This document shows positions 48,998 through 60,846 of a stretch of DNA of 64,000 nucleotides, in pieces; the first letter of the stretch is position 1; each line of letters begins with the position of its first letter. A program made the translations under genes and the position numbers. Source of the stretch: Sarea resinae (Eukaryota); NCBI GenBank assembly GCA_026026165.1, contig JAPEUD010000038.1, positions 124,001 to 188,000 of the forward strand. Reading direction: 5' to 3'. Below the pieces are notes generated by a model. The model was given only the letters and a program-made list of their open reading frames with translations. It searched no databases and was not told the origin of the DNA.

Positions 48998-51050
48998 TCA
49001 ATCGACTTGACGGCCACCACCGAGAACGGCCACCTCAGCCTCGACGCCCTTTCCCAGCTCGGCTTCGGCTTCTGTTGCACCATTGGCTTCGACGTTGGGG
49101 TCGAGGGACTGGCTGACTGCGTTGGCGTTGCCGACTTCACCCGATGCGAGCGTGTGTTCAGCCGTAATAGCAGCAGCAGTAGTAGGTGTTGTTGCAGGAA
49201 GCTGAAGGCCCTTCTCGAGATCAGAGTCTCCATCTAGCTGCTTCTCATCTCTCTCCTCCTCCGCAGCCGCAGCGAGAGAGGCGTCTTTCGCGTCTTCGCC
49301 TTGTCGGACTTCAATATTCTTGTTAGGACATGGGGCAGGACCAGGACTAGGACCAGGGCCAAGATCTCTCCTTCTGATCCCCCATCCACCCGTCCAACCG
49401 ACCCAACCGGGCTCCCAGGGTCCACGGAGGACGCATATCAGGAGTGCGGCCCCGATGAATCCGACACTGGCTGATCCAGACCCTTTCCAGCCGTGCCGTG
49501 CGTAGATGTGATTCCCTGCCGCTGTGCCCTGTTCTGTCATTAGCGATGTGATGAGTGTAGGGAAGATGTAGAAGAAAAGTGAGACGAAGAGGGATGAGAT
49601 AACGGGTTGGAGATGAAGAAAGGAGAAGCAAAGGGTGAACGGACCATCAGCTGGCCGCAGAATACGCTGACCATGTAAGCAGTATTGACCCTGTTCCGCC
49701 CCTTAGGCTCTATGGCGTAGATAGCGGAGCGATTGGCGATCTGCGAGGTCTGAAGGCCGAGATCGAGCGCGAATGCCTGAATGATAGGACCCGCGAGAGT
49801 GCGATTTCCCGTATACGCACCAATGGCAATGCCGGTAATGCAGAACAGCTCCCCCATGATGACGCTGAAAAGCGGCACGAATTTGTCGATGATCAGCCGC
49901 GAGTATAACGGACCTAAACACATGGCGCCAATGCCGATGAAGGCGAATAATCCAATGACGAGAGAATCGTAATGGTAGGGCGGTCCGGCGAGCAAGAAGG
50001 TGAGCGTCGTCCAGAAACTGGTAAACGTGGACGCGGTGAAGAATCCAACGAGGCATGCTTGGACGAGCACGGGGTATTTGAAGACCATTTGCAGAATCGA
50101 GAAAAGCATGCGGAAGTAGTTCAACCCTCCGGGGTTCGTGGAAGGGTAGTCTGGCATGAAGAGCCAGAGAAGAACAACAATGAGGTATTGCAGTCCGAGA
50201 GACATCCAATAGATGTTGCGCCAAGACGTGTACTCGGTCACCACGCCACAGAGGACGCGGGCGATGAGCATGCCGAGGAGAAGACCGCTGACGACTATCG
50301 AGAGCGCCGTGGCTCGGCGATGAGGCGGCGCGAGACTGTGATGAGCAGGTTAGCTTGTTCTTGACCGACTAGAGATGATAACAGTGCTCTCGTCCACATA
50401 CTCTCCAACCAGAGGCAGCATCAACTGCGGGGTCACCGTCGAAACAGCCGTGATGAAGCTGAGGCCCAAAAAAGCCGAAAAGCTTTTCGTGACGCATAAC
50501 CCGATCCTGCTAGAAGTCAATCACATGTCCAACGACCAATTGATCCCATCTTCCTGTTGCAAAGAACAGCGTACCAAATCGTGGCCGTGAAGAAGACCAA
50601 AATCAGCACAAAAGCCCGTCTTCTGAAGAGATCCCCAAGAGGACATAGAAATAGCAATCCCGCGGCATAACCGGCCTGCATGACCGTAGGAATCTGCGAG
50701 ACCTTGTCATATGAGACGTCAAAGTCCTTCGCCAGGATGTTTAGGATAGGATGGTTATAGTATAGATTGGCCACGGTAAATGTCCCCGCGAACCCAAATA
50801 GTAGATTCAGCGGCATTGAGAATTTTGGCGGATTTTTGGGATCGTAACGGCAGCGCGGAGGGGTCCAGGTGATGAAGGCCCAGATAGCCTGCCATATTGA
50901 TCGTCGCGGCGACGCCGACGGAGAGGACTGCTGTTGTTCGGCGATGGGGGAGGCGGAGCGGGTAGGGTTGAGACTGGTAGGAGCCGTTTCCGAAGGCTTC
51001 TCTTCTGGATCGACGAGTCCCGGCCCTGTGGCGTCCTCTTCGGGCGTCAT
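48998..51050 (-). CDS. MFS transporter, about 600 aa
   Basis: Exons 51050-50575, 50506-50402, 50335-49645, 49528-48998 (1803 nt). Motifs FTVANLYYNHPIL, QAGYAAGLLFLCPLGD, GMLIARVLCG, SFWTTLTFLL and QTSQIANRSAIY...RNRVNTAYM. Confidence 0.9.
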
Positions 51051-51962
51051 CGTATGTACACTACCGAGAGGCTGTCATGGCCATGCAGACACAGTCAACG
51101 TTGGATCGCGAAAAGAGCAGTGGAGTTCTGCATAGGAAGCCAGAATATCTCGATGGAGGGAGAGGGATGGGCAATGCGGACACGAACTGAAGAGTATAAT
51201 CTTGGATCCTTAGTAATTGCACGAAGATCCTGGCCATGTATGGAGTATGTAGTACAGCATCATCGAGTGACGCCTGTCAGTGAAGACCGTTATCTCCGGG
51301 CATGATCTAGTCCGTTTGTCTCCTAGTGTACGATGGAGGATAAGGACCCTGACCCCCTTGTATGAAGTATGTATCCTACCAGGGCTCGATGCGGGGACTC
51401 CTTACTCTACCTTATCTTGCGAAGCCTGGACACGTCTGCACCCGCGGGCAGCACAGCTCTACCAAGTCAAGCGTCAGAGACCATGCACATCGATTACTGA
51501 GTATGGCTGAGTATGGTCGCTGTCACATGCACTGCGGGCGTTCAATTTGGAGGAGACAAAAGCGAATTACGGTATCCCAGTTCGGAACTAAAGTCGAGGC
51601 ATCAATCTCTCCATCACCAATCTGACAGTCGAAATGAAACACATTATTCCGGGCTCTTGACGTAATCAGAGCGCTGTAACGATCAATTTAACACAGCTCT
51701 GGCCAAGACCCTTAGGAGAGCACCGGGCTACCCTATGATACTAGTAGGAAAATAATTAGAGGAAAGCATGAAGCCTTTAATGAATGACTTGCTCAAAAGA
51801 AAGAGCTAATTAAGAGATGTCGCGCACGCAAAGAGGAAATAGAATCCAAGAAGTCCGGCCGTTGCAACTCGTCCATCGTAAAATCGTGATAATCAATTTC
51901 GTCAGTCGTGATTGCTATCGTCTCAGTCGTCTCGGTCATCTCAGTCGTTTCACTCATGAGTT

Positions 51963-53971
51963 TCATGGCTTAAGTCCTCTCAAAATCCGAATGAAATCTT
52001 CTGCATCTGTGTAAAGCGTCAACAAATGACAGTCGCAAAAGCAAAAGACCGATGTACAAACCTTCTGGACTAGTAAATCTTAAGATGAAGTCATCCCGTG
52101 AGCCGTATGGTGGAACGTAATTAGATGCAAACACATAAAGATGTATCTTTCGCAATCGAACTCTGTGGCGCCCCACCGGTTCAACCCGAGGCTTCAACTT
52201 TAGAGAGTGGTTGATGAATGCTGTCCACAGTGGGACTCGTTCCATGCGGCCTTCCATATTAGATGCTTCCAACCTCACGCCGCCGCTGTCTCTGTCTCTG
52301 AAGATTCGGAGAGCGCGGACATGTCCGTCTTCGTCAATCTGACTTTTGGGAGATTAGTAAATTCGAAAGGGACAACTGAGAGTGCACTTGCCCTCCATAT
52401 TCTTCATGATCGCTGTTAAGTTGGAGATCGCCTGCGGAAGGTCCAGGACCACTCGGATCATTCGCTCTTAGAGCAAGAAATGTACAGAAGAATAACACCA
52501 TGCCTGGAGAGTTTAGCAGGCAATCCAAAAGGGCTGGTCGAGAGTAGATCAGGAAGCTTACGTTCGTAGGACTGGAACCTTAATCCCACCCATAATTCAT
52601 CCTTCCCGGTCGACTGGCTCATTCGGCGCAGATGCAGACAGGATTCTGCACGCTCCGCAATAAGAGAGCTGAGAGGAATACACGACTGATGAGAGCCTTT
52701 GCTCGATTTGGTGGTGCACAGGATGCGTGCCCGGTTGTCTCCAGGCCTCCAGAAAAGAGCTGCCGACAAAGCGCCTCCTTCAAAAACCCTGGGAGAAGTT
52801 AGTTCATCATGGCTGACCATCGATGGTAAAGCGTTTACAATTCAGCAACTTTGATGTGCCCCTTCTTTAACTTTGATTCCGACATGGGCAAATCTTTTCC
52901 GATGCACTTCGAACTGTGAGAATTTAGTAGGGCCCGAAACCAAGGCAGGTGATGAGTGTTTTACGTCTGTCCGTGGGTCTTGAATTTTGTGCTTGGATAT
53001 TTGCCATCAAAGACCGAAATCGCCCAATGAACAGGCGGGGCACTGCTATTAGATGACTGCGACGAAATGCCAGAGAAAATAGTAGAGGTTGGCGACTGCG
53101 GTATGTCAGGTGACATTGGAGGAAATGGATATTCTCCTCCAACTAGCACGGTTGGAGATCGGGGAGACCATGCAGAGTGGGGGGACCAGGGAGACTGGGA
53201 AGAGTGGGGTGATCGAATCAACGGAGGTGGCCGAGCTGGAACGGCCTGCTTTCCACTGAATGGATTGCTTCGACCACCTAAAAGAAGATTGACTTGGTTA
53301 GGCTGGGACGTAGGGATAGATGAGGAGATAGAGCATTACGGAGGGTTCCCGTTCGCGGAGAAGATGGATTGCGCGAGTTCCTACCTTGAGGACCAAGTGA
53401 AAGCCCTTGAAGCCCATCGACAGGTTCTTGCCTGTCTAGTAGCATGGCAATGTGGTCCCGAAGCCTCTCCAAGATTGGAAGATCGGGATGTTGGCTGTAC
53501 AGCATCAGATCTGCAAACTTCTGAAGATAGAAAGGGATGACTCCACCCTTTCAGAATGCAAAGCAATTCCTGGAAAAATCTCTTGTATCTTTCCAGACGG
53601 ACGGTCAATGAAACGCCTTCTGCTTGAAAATGAGAACAGAGGTCGTTCCAAACTTGTCTGTAAGGCGCTCTTATCGTATTTACTTGCGGTCCTAAGTCGC
53701 CAAATCGGTCCAGGGCATCCTCGATCGTCATGGTCAGACTCGGAATGGCCATATCCAGGTCTCCAGTAATAAGGCTGGCCTTTCCAGCATACTGAAAAGT
53801 TGCCAGGGCTTCAGATAATTGTCGAAGAACTGAACTGATGATGTACAAATCACCGATAATGGCCGTTATGTCGGTTTGAGCCTCCGGGATAGGAGTAAGA
53901 AATTTGCTAAATCCAGCGGCAATATCCTGCGCGCCTTCTGCCGCCGCAATCAGAGAGTTGCCCGCCTGCAT
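51963..53971 (-). CDS. Fungal hypothetical protein, about 528 aa, 8 exons: helical N-terminal domain, Ser/Pro linker, beta-rich (possibly tandem PH-like) C-terminus
   Basis: Exons 53971-53547, 53494-53385, 53277-52965, 52913-52839, 52788-52562, 52503-52392, 52342-52062, 52006-51963 (1587 nt) join six short ORF-track fragments in frame. Blocks HWAISVF, LFWRPGDNRARI, LWVGLRFQSYERMVLFFCTF, VRLEAS and PLWTAFI. Confidence 0.8.
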
Positions 53972-55722
53972 CCTGCCCACAAATTCATCAAGGCAGCAAA
54001 CTCATGAAGAAACAAAAATCGATTGAATTTCCACGGACAGCAATCATGGCTTTCCCGATAGTCCAGCGATGTTCTTGAAGGGTAAGATCTCCGGTCAATT
54101 GCAAAGCAAATGAGGCTCCCATGATGGGGGCATCGACGTGTCAATTGTTTCTGCAACCTTAGCGGAGACCAATGAGAAGTGTGACCACTGCAGTTCTCAT
54201 GCCACTGCCGAAATTATCTGCTGCAGTAACATGCGCGATGAGAATGGACGCATTAGCGACTACGCATCAAAACGTCGTCTCACATCCACCGGCGTCTTTG
54301 GCCCTCGACCGCATAGGCTGGAAGAGGTTCAACGTCTCCGTATTGCATCTGTACACTTGGGAATAGTCTTACTTCCCATTAGCTAGCCTCTTCGAACTAA
54401 AGCGACATCGATGCAGAAGCGCATTGACCAGACTGGATCTGGTATCGTCGTCCGCCATCATCCTAGGTGATGAGGTTAGGATCGCTCGAACCCCGATACT
54501 TGTCTGGATCCTTTCTCGCCACGTCCCAAATGCCCGTCCACAAGAAATGGTGATGATCAGCGTCAAGCCAAAAGACGAGCACAAGCTCATGGATGGATTC
54601 TTTGACAGATATCGCCATTCACTGCTCTCCGAATGATGCATCGATCCTGGAGCCGTTCGCAGGGCTGAAAGGCTTCGTTGGAATAGAATGATGATGTGGT
54701 CGATGTCGTTTCGATCATAGTTGCAAATGGCCGGGTAAGATCGAGAGGCTCCCAAAAGGTGGTCATTTGATCTCAAGGTCGGGAATCATCCCTTACTCGA
54801 GTATTCGCGTAGCAGATGATGCAGCAAAGGGTAAGCAAGCAAGGCACATTGCTTTTCGTCCAGAAGTCAACGACGAAAGGAATTCCAAGTGGAGGCTACT
54901 GGGACGTTCATATATATTTCCTAAATGCCCAGCTTGCTCTAAGATGGCTCGCAAGGGAAAGCGAGGCCCAACGTGAGGCGGTGCACGCGCACTGTTTATT
55001 TGTCGCCTTACGACTTGAAGCTCCGCCTTGGGTTTGAGACTCGGTCGGGATCTACCGAAAGGGATGCCTGACGTGTGTACGCGTTTCCACTACTAATCCC
55101 CAGTGTGCATCTTCTGGTGAGGCAGACTCGATCAAACACTGCCGCCAACACCCACTCACCGTAGATTCGAGGAAGTTCGTGCATTATTAGCGCGGCAGAC
55201 TGTCCCAGGGTGAGGGATCTTCAGGGATGGACGACACACCGGATAAGGTATGCATACTCTAGATAGAAACACCAGATCTCCTAGTCCAATTATAGACTCC
55301 ACCATCACAGCCTCACATCGAGAAATGGAACGAGCAAGTGAAAACATATCGTGGCATAGTGCAGCTAGTGTACAACGATCAATAAACTACGACATGCCGT
55401 CGTTTGCACGAGAGGCGCCACCCCCATCAAAGTCCCTGAGCTCGTCAAAGGTTCATACGCTGCCGAGCGTGAAGACATGCATAATCGAGCCACTCTCAAC
55501 CCGCAGGGAAACCTTGACAGCCCCAGCCCTACAGACCACACCAAAGAAAACATCGCACGAAGAGCCAACCATAGAAATACCCGAGAAGCAACCGACCGAG
55601 AAGAGCAACATAGAGAAAGATACAGCCAGTACAGCCGAGGAACGACCCTAGTGTGACCTCATCTCTTGTGAGAGACGAGGACGAACTAAGAACGTAACGT
55701 GAATGAGGAAATAGAGCTGTGT

Positions 55723-56193
55723 TTAACCAGACTCTTCCTCATCGTCGGCAGCCTAGTCTCTCGTAAGCAAGTATTACTTGCGAACGAGATTTCAACTTAC
55801 GTTGTAACTGGCTTTCTCTTCCTCATATCGCTTCTTATCGGCCGCGGCCTTGGCCTCGTACGGAGTACGCTGCTTGTCGCTGAGGGCCTTCCACCTCTCT
55901 CCGAGAACCTTTCCGACTTGGCCTACAAACAAGACAAATCGTCAGCCATATGTTCGAGGCTACGGACAAGTAGGGTGGTCTTACCGAAGCTAATGCCTGG
56001 GTTTTCGTCCCTCACATTCTCACGCTGCTCGTTGGCGAAGAACATATAGGCCGAAAGACCACGCTTGGGCGCGTTGGGATCTGTGATATGATAAGTATCG
56101 ATACGACAAGAGAAGTCTTGCATGCGACGTACCCTTCTTCCTCTTGCCCTCACCCTTGGCCTTGGTGCGGCGAGTAGTCTTTTCCTTGGGCAT
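55723..56193 (-). CDS. NHP6: Non-histone chromosomal HMG-box protein 6, 102 aa
   Basis: Exons 56193-56133, 56080-55985, 55922-55801, 55752-55723 (309 nt). [71 protein letters not shown]. Confidence 0.97.
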
Positions 56194-59100
56194 TATGATT
56201 GAAGAGTTGATCTGTCGACTTTCAAAGACAGGAGAGCAAAGTCAGCACAGTGTGGCGCCGAGGTGGCGAGGTGAATGAAAATCAAGACACGTTGTGGTAG
56301 AATGAAGGTGGAACAGGGTAGAAGGTGAGGTATTGTTTATCCTCTACTCGTGTCGCGCGAGCAAAGTTCGCGACCGCCATGCGCGGGCGCAAGATCGCGA
56401 GATCAAAACACGGCCAAAAGGTGCGACGGATTGGAAAGAAGCCGATCGAACGGAGAAACACGTACCTGGGATAATCCCAACTTTGCAATCGAGTGAATTA
56501 ATTGAATTGAAGTCTGGAGGGTTGATGAACGCGGTCAGTGGTGGTTCATAACAGACGACAAGATCACGCTGGATGCGAGCGAATGGAATCAAGAAGACGC
56601 GGTCAATCGAGCAGATGCAGCAGGGAAATGCGGCGAGCGAGAGACATGGAGCGCGTTTGGGAGCGAGAGGGAACCTCGGACCGCCTTTGCGATCATCAGG
56701 CACAAGCGACCGGTACTCACTTGTTTTGAAGCGTTGCTCGCCGTACAGTGTATACAGCGTTCGCGCGCGCAGTGTGGGATATTTTGGAGGTAGTATGGGT
56801 GAGCAGTTTGAGTGAGGCAGCAGAGTGGAAGAGAGTAGCAGTAGGCAGTTTGTATGAGGGGGGAATTGGCTGCGTTTTGGTCAGAGAGCTTGACTGCGAG
56901 CGCTGGGCTAAGGCGGGCCAGGGCTGGGTACGGGAGTACTGGCTGGTCGCTGGCTGGCACTTGCTTGCCCTTGGCTGGAGGCCGCTGGAGTCACTGGAGT
57001 CACTGGGAGGCAGCCGAATGCTCATTCTTGCCAGAGCAAACCGACTAACAAGGCGCTTCCGACCAATGGCCGCCGTCGATTTGCCTGTCGGACCCCTCTT
57101 GCTGGGCGGAATCCCCATCTGGTGCCTCGTACCTCCGTACTGTGGTGTACACAGTACCTCCATACGGTGGTGGACTGCAGTACCTCCCTCTCGTATGGCT
57201 AGAGCGAGGCACTTGAGGAGGTACCGCTACTACTGCGACCACCAGCGCGGTGGGTGCGGCACTACGCATCTCACCAAGTAGCGGTACCGTCGACTAGAGC
57301 GCTGAAGGTAGCCACTACCTCCCTGGGGTACCGTCTCGGAGTACAGAGTGGTCATACATACCGAAGTACCTTCAGCTCTTTGTGTACGCAGCAACCAAGC
57401 ACGGAGCATGAACCAGAAAGATCGAGCAGGCAACTCTATCGACGTGACCGTCAGGTATCGTCGCCTTCATCAGATCCCCACACGGTACCTGTCGACCGCA
57501 GCGATCGCCCACACGATCACAGGTACCCACCACATTCTCGCGGATTGCTACCGTACCTTTGATGGACGTACCCTCCCACATTCTTTCTTCTTGCCTTGCC
57601 CTTCCCTTGCCCTTGCCTTGGGCTGCCTGACCTTGCTTGCGCTTGTACATGCACTTGCCATTGCACTTACAAGCTCTGTACACTCTTGGTGGGTGCATTC
57701 TTGCCGCTATCCAACGGTAGTAACAACGACGACACCACCATTACCATGCCCACTACTCGACGAGGTATCTCAGGTACCTTCTGTGCCCCATACGACCAGA
57801 AGCTCCAGGCTATCAAGCCAAGTCTCTTACACGACTATCGCTACTAGTGGTGGAGGACTGCTCTTCCCAGATACATAGTACGCTGCCATTCCTGTTTTCG
57901 CCCAGCTTGGATGCTTAGTCGGAAGTCGCCTTCCTTGCTCGTTGATAGCAGAGGGGACTTCTGTACGCGCTCTACCGCACCACCTTACATGGTCGTGGTC
58001 TCTTTGAGCATTCAGTGGTACATAGTACACCATGTAGTGGAAAGTACCTCCTTCTGCTTGCTCCTTCCCTGGTCCAAGCAAAGCAGTTGGCCGCGCAGCC
58101 ATTGACATCTTCGTCGTCGGGCACGCAACAAGATTGACCCAGCTAGTAAGCAAGCACCGCCAAAAAGCACGCAAGCGATGGAAACAATGGAACCGCAACA
58201 ACGCCCCGGCCCACACCCACCCTACCTACTTCAGTACTTACCTACCTACCTTACCCTCCCATACCCTCCCATACCTGACCAGACCTACCTTACCTCCTTT
58301 CACTTGACCACTGCCTACCACCATCCATGGATATTCGATGCTGCAGTAAGCATAAGCTCCGACGCTCGGAAGCAGCTGATGCCGTGTTTCCTAGAGTAGG
58401 CACATGGGCGCATCTCTTTCACTGCACCGGTGCAAGTGCGACCTTCTGTTATGTGGGTACTCCGAGTACGCCTAGAGCTCTACCTGATAGCGATTTCAGC
58501 AAAGGACTAGTCCGGAGTACGCACAATTGGTAACCACTAAAGTATCCAATGCTGGTACTGCCCTGCTGCGTCCTACTACGCAGTAACGAGCAATGGAAGT
58601 TACCCAAGGTACTTCGTGCTTCGTACGTATTGCTCTGTACGAGCTACCGAACGACCTTTGGACCCCCTCGGACTGTCGACCTGGGGCAAATACTCTACTG
58701 CGTACCGGCCCCACGTCGTATCTTATCTATTACTCGTAAGGAGTACTCTTCCGGCATGACTGATCCTTGACTTGGTTCGTGTCAAACGATCAGCTTGATT
58801 CGTGGTTGAATCAGGAAATGGAATCTGCGTTCCGATTTGCTTTGCATTTCTCAGATACACCTTATGATAATAGTCCAATAGCTATGGCAACGACCTATCG
58901 TACAGATAGACCGCATTCCAGACCCACGGAAATGGCTTTGTCCATCTCATTCAATACGTATCCATCTGCACCTCAGGCAACAGCTCGCCAAGTCAACCAC
59001 TGGTCCACTGACAAGCCATCTCGGGCGATCTAAATGGTCGTGGGTGGATATGATTGAAACCTAGACCGTCTTATTTGAACCGTTCTTCAGTGGCATTATT

Positions 59101-59655
59101 CGAACATGCATTTACCGCCCTTCAGCTTTCTTTTCGAAGATAGGTAGAAAAGCCAGTGCAGGTGTGACTAGTGACTCCCATCCGGACACATTTTGTGCGA
59201 TCAATAGTTGAACATTGCCAACAATAACAATACAATTTGTTCAGCATCCCAATAAGATTTTATCATGGATTGACTAGGAGATGCTGTAGCTTCAAGAACT
59301 ATGATTGTTTGCTGCGACAACTGCATAGCATTAAGTTCCTGTTTCCTTTCGTGCAACCCTGACGTAATATATGTATTATTAACAGTTGCATTCATTCACG
59401 TCGCTCAGCTCCATTGCTGGGTTGACTCCTAGACATTTTTCGGAGCACTTAGTCAGAGTGACTGATCAAGCTATTGCGGCCGCTGGATAATACTGATCTT
59501 CAGCGGCGGGTCCCGACATGGAAGGCGTTTCATAAGATATTGATCTTCTGTCTTATGGGCAACCCCACAGCTGGTGAAGATGCCGTCTGGTACGGAAACA
59601 TCAAACGAGAGCTGGCTCATGGATGCATATATAATGTTCGTCATGATACCAAGAT

Positions 59656-60549
59656 TCATGGTGTATCTTCTTCGTCGTCGAGGACAAGGTCTCGCAGGTC
59701 GGGATCGCGGGCCCAGTCAATGCCGCTGCCTACAACCGCAGCCGCAACGACGCTTTTCATGACCCTCCATTTTGTTCTCTCCTTGACATTTTGCTCTTTT
59801 AATTCGGTCAATTGAGATCTCATTTTTGGGTCGTGCACTTCCTCCACGGTCTGCACCTTAGTTTTCTCCGCAAGATCGAGCATGACGGCAGCAAGCTCTT
59901 GATTTGACTTGGTGATAGTGATGTTATCCATCTCCAGCTTGGATAGTGTGGAGAGGCTAGAGGCTAGGCTGTTCGAGAGATTGGTGTGTGCCATGGAAAG
60001 CACATCCCTCCGAATCATCAGATTCAGGAGATCTCTAGATTTATATCAGAACGGTCACCCATTAAGCGCTTGTATGTGCAAATGACATACCTTTCAGGAA
60101 CGGTCGCGTATACAGAATGCACTGCGTTGATGAATGGATCGGTCAAAAGGATAGTATCTACAGTCTGTCTCCTCAATATGTATGCTGCCCTGGCTTCTAA
60201 AACTTCCTTCTTCGTGATATCCAGACGATGGGAGACTTCATCCTCGGTCATGGCATCAATTTCGCGTCCTGGGTTGGATATTAGCACTAGTCTCAGGGGT
60301 GAGAACCGTTAGACTACCCGAGTCATTCTTCTTGAGTGCTTCCAGAATAGTAGAGTCTAGTCGAAGTTCTTGGAGACGGTCGTGAAGCTGGAGGACTTCT
60401 TCTTCTTCGGGGAAATATTCGACATCAACATAATCATCCTTGTCTTTGCTTGCGAATCTTGCGAATCGCTCGCTAGGACTTGGTGCATTCAATGTCGAGC
60501 CGGATAGAGATAGATCCTGAAGCGCATCGAGAGTCGACATGGCAAGCAT
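59656..60549 (-). CDS. Centromere protein H (CENP-H / Mcm16 / Fta3 family), about 262 aa; start could be 60549 or 60540
   Basis: Exons 60549-60318, 60268-60091, 60034-59656 (789 nt). Coiled coil, TDPFINAVH, RRDVLSM and C-terminal KWRVMKSVVAAAVVGSGIDWARDPDLRDLVL. Confidence 0.82.
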
Positions 60550-60590
60550 TGACCACGATAGTAGAATAGATTACCATGGCGATTATAATG

Positions 60591-60636
60591 ACGCGTGAAA
60601 GTAACAGTCCGGTCCTCGATGCAACGCGTGCACGCG
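60591..60636. promoter_or_regulatory. MCB (MluI cell-cycle box) elements in the CENP-H/ATG11 divergent promoter
   Basis: ACGCGT at 60591-60596 and 60624-60629, plus ACGCG at 60632-60636, next to a kinetochore gene. Confidence 0.6.
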
Positions 60637-60846
60637 CTGATCCGAGACCTGTGACGATGCAATACCGCTTAAGTGTGGCTGGTGGTGGCTGAAGCTCTTA
60701 GGCGGTGGCCATCAGCGGCGTCTGCCTTAATCGTGCCCGAATCATTTGATCGCCCGGCCGGTGGAGTCGCCGCTGTACCATCCGCAACAACAGTCTGCGA
60801 GCAGCAGCAAAGAGACAGCAACTTCAAGCTGCGCGAGGTGGAGGGG

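Noticed and set aside
45644..51050. ERG13 plus MFS as a polyketide beta-branching or terpenoid cluster
   Set aside because: The HMG-CoA synthase looks like the standard housekeeping enzyme, and no PKS, NRPS or terpene synthase is in the window.
54945..55035. Short GC-rich hairpins downstream of NHP6, possible structured ncRNA
   Set aside because: Stems of 5-7 bp are expected by chance, and there are no signature motifs of SRP, RNase P/MRP, snRNA or tRNA.
60517..60577. Alternative CENP-H start with an ATG-only first exon (ATG|GTAATC...CAG, in frame)
   Set aside because: No convincing branch site, and the ATG lies only 14 nt from an MCB box. It cannot be supported without transcripts.
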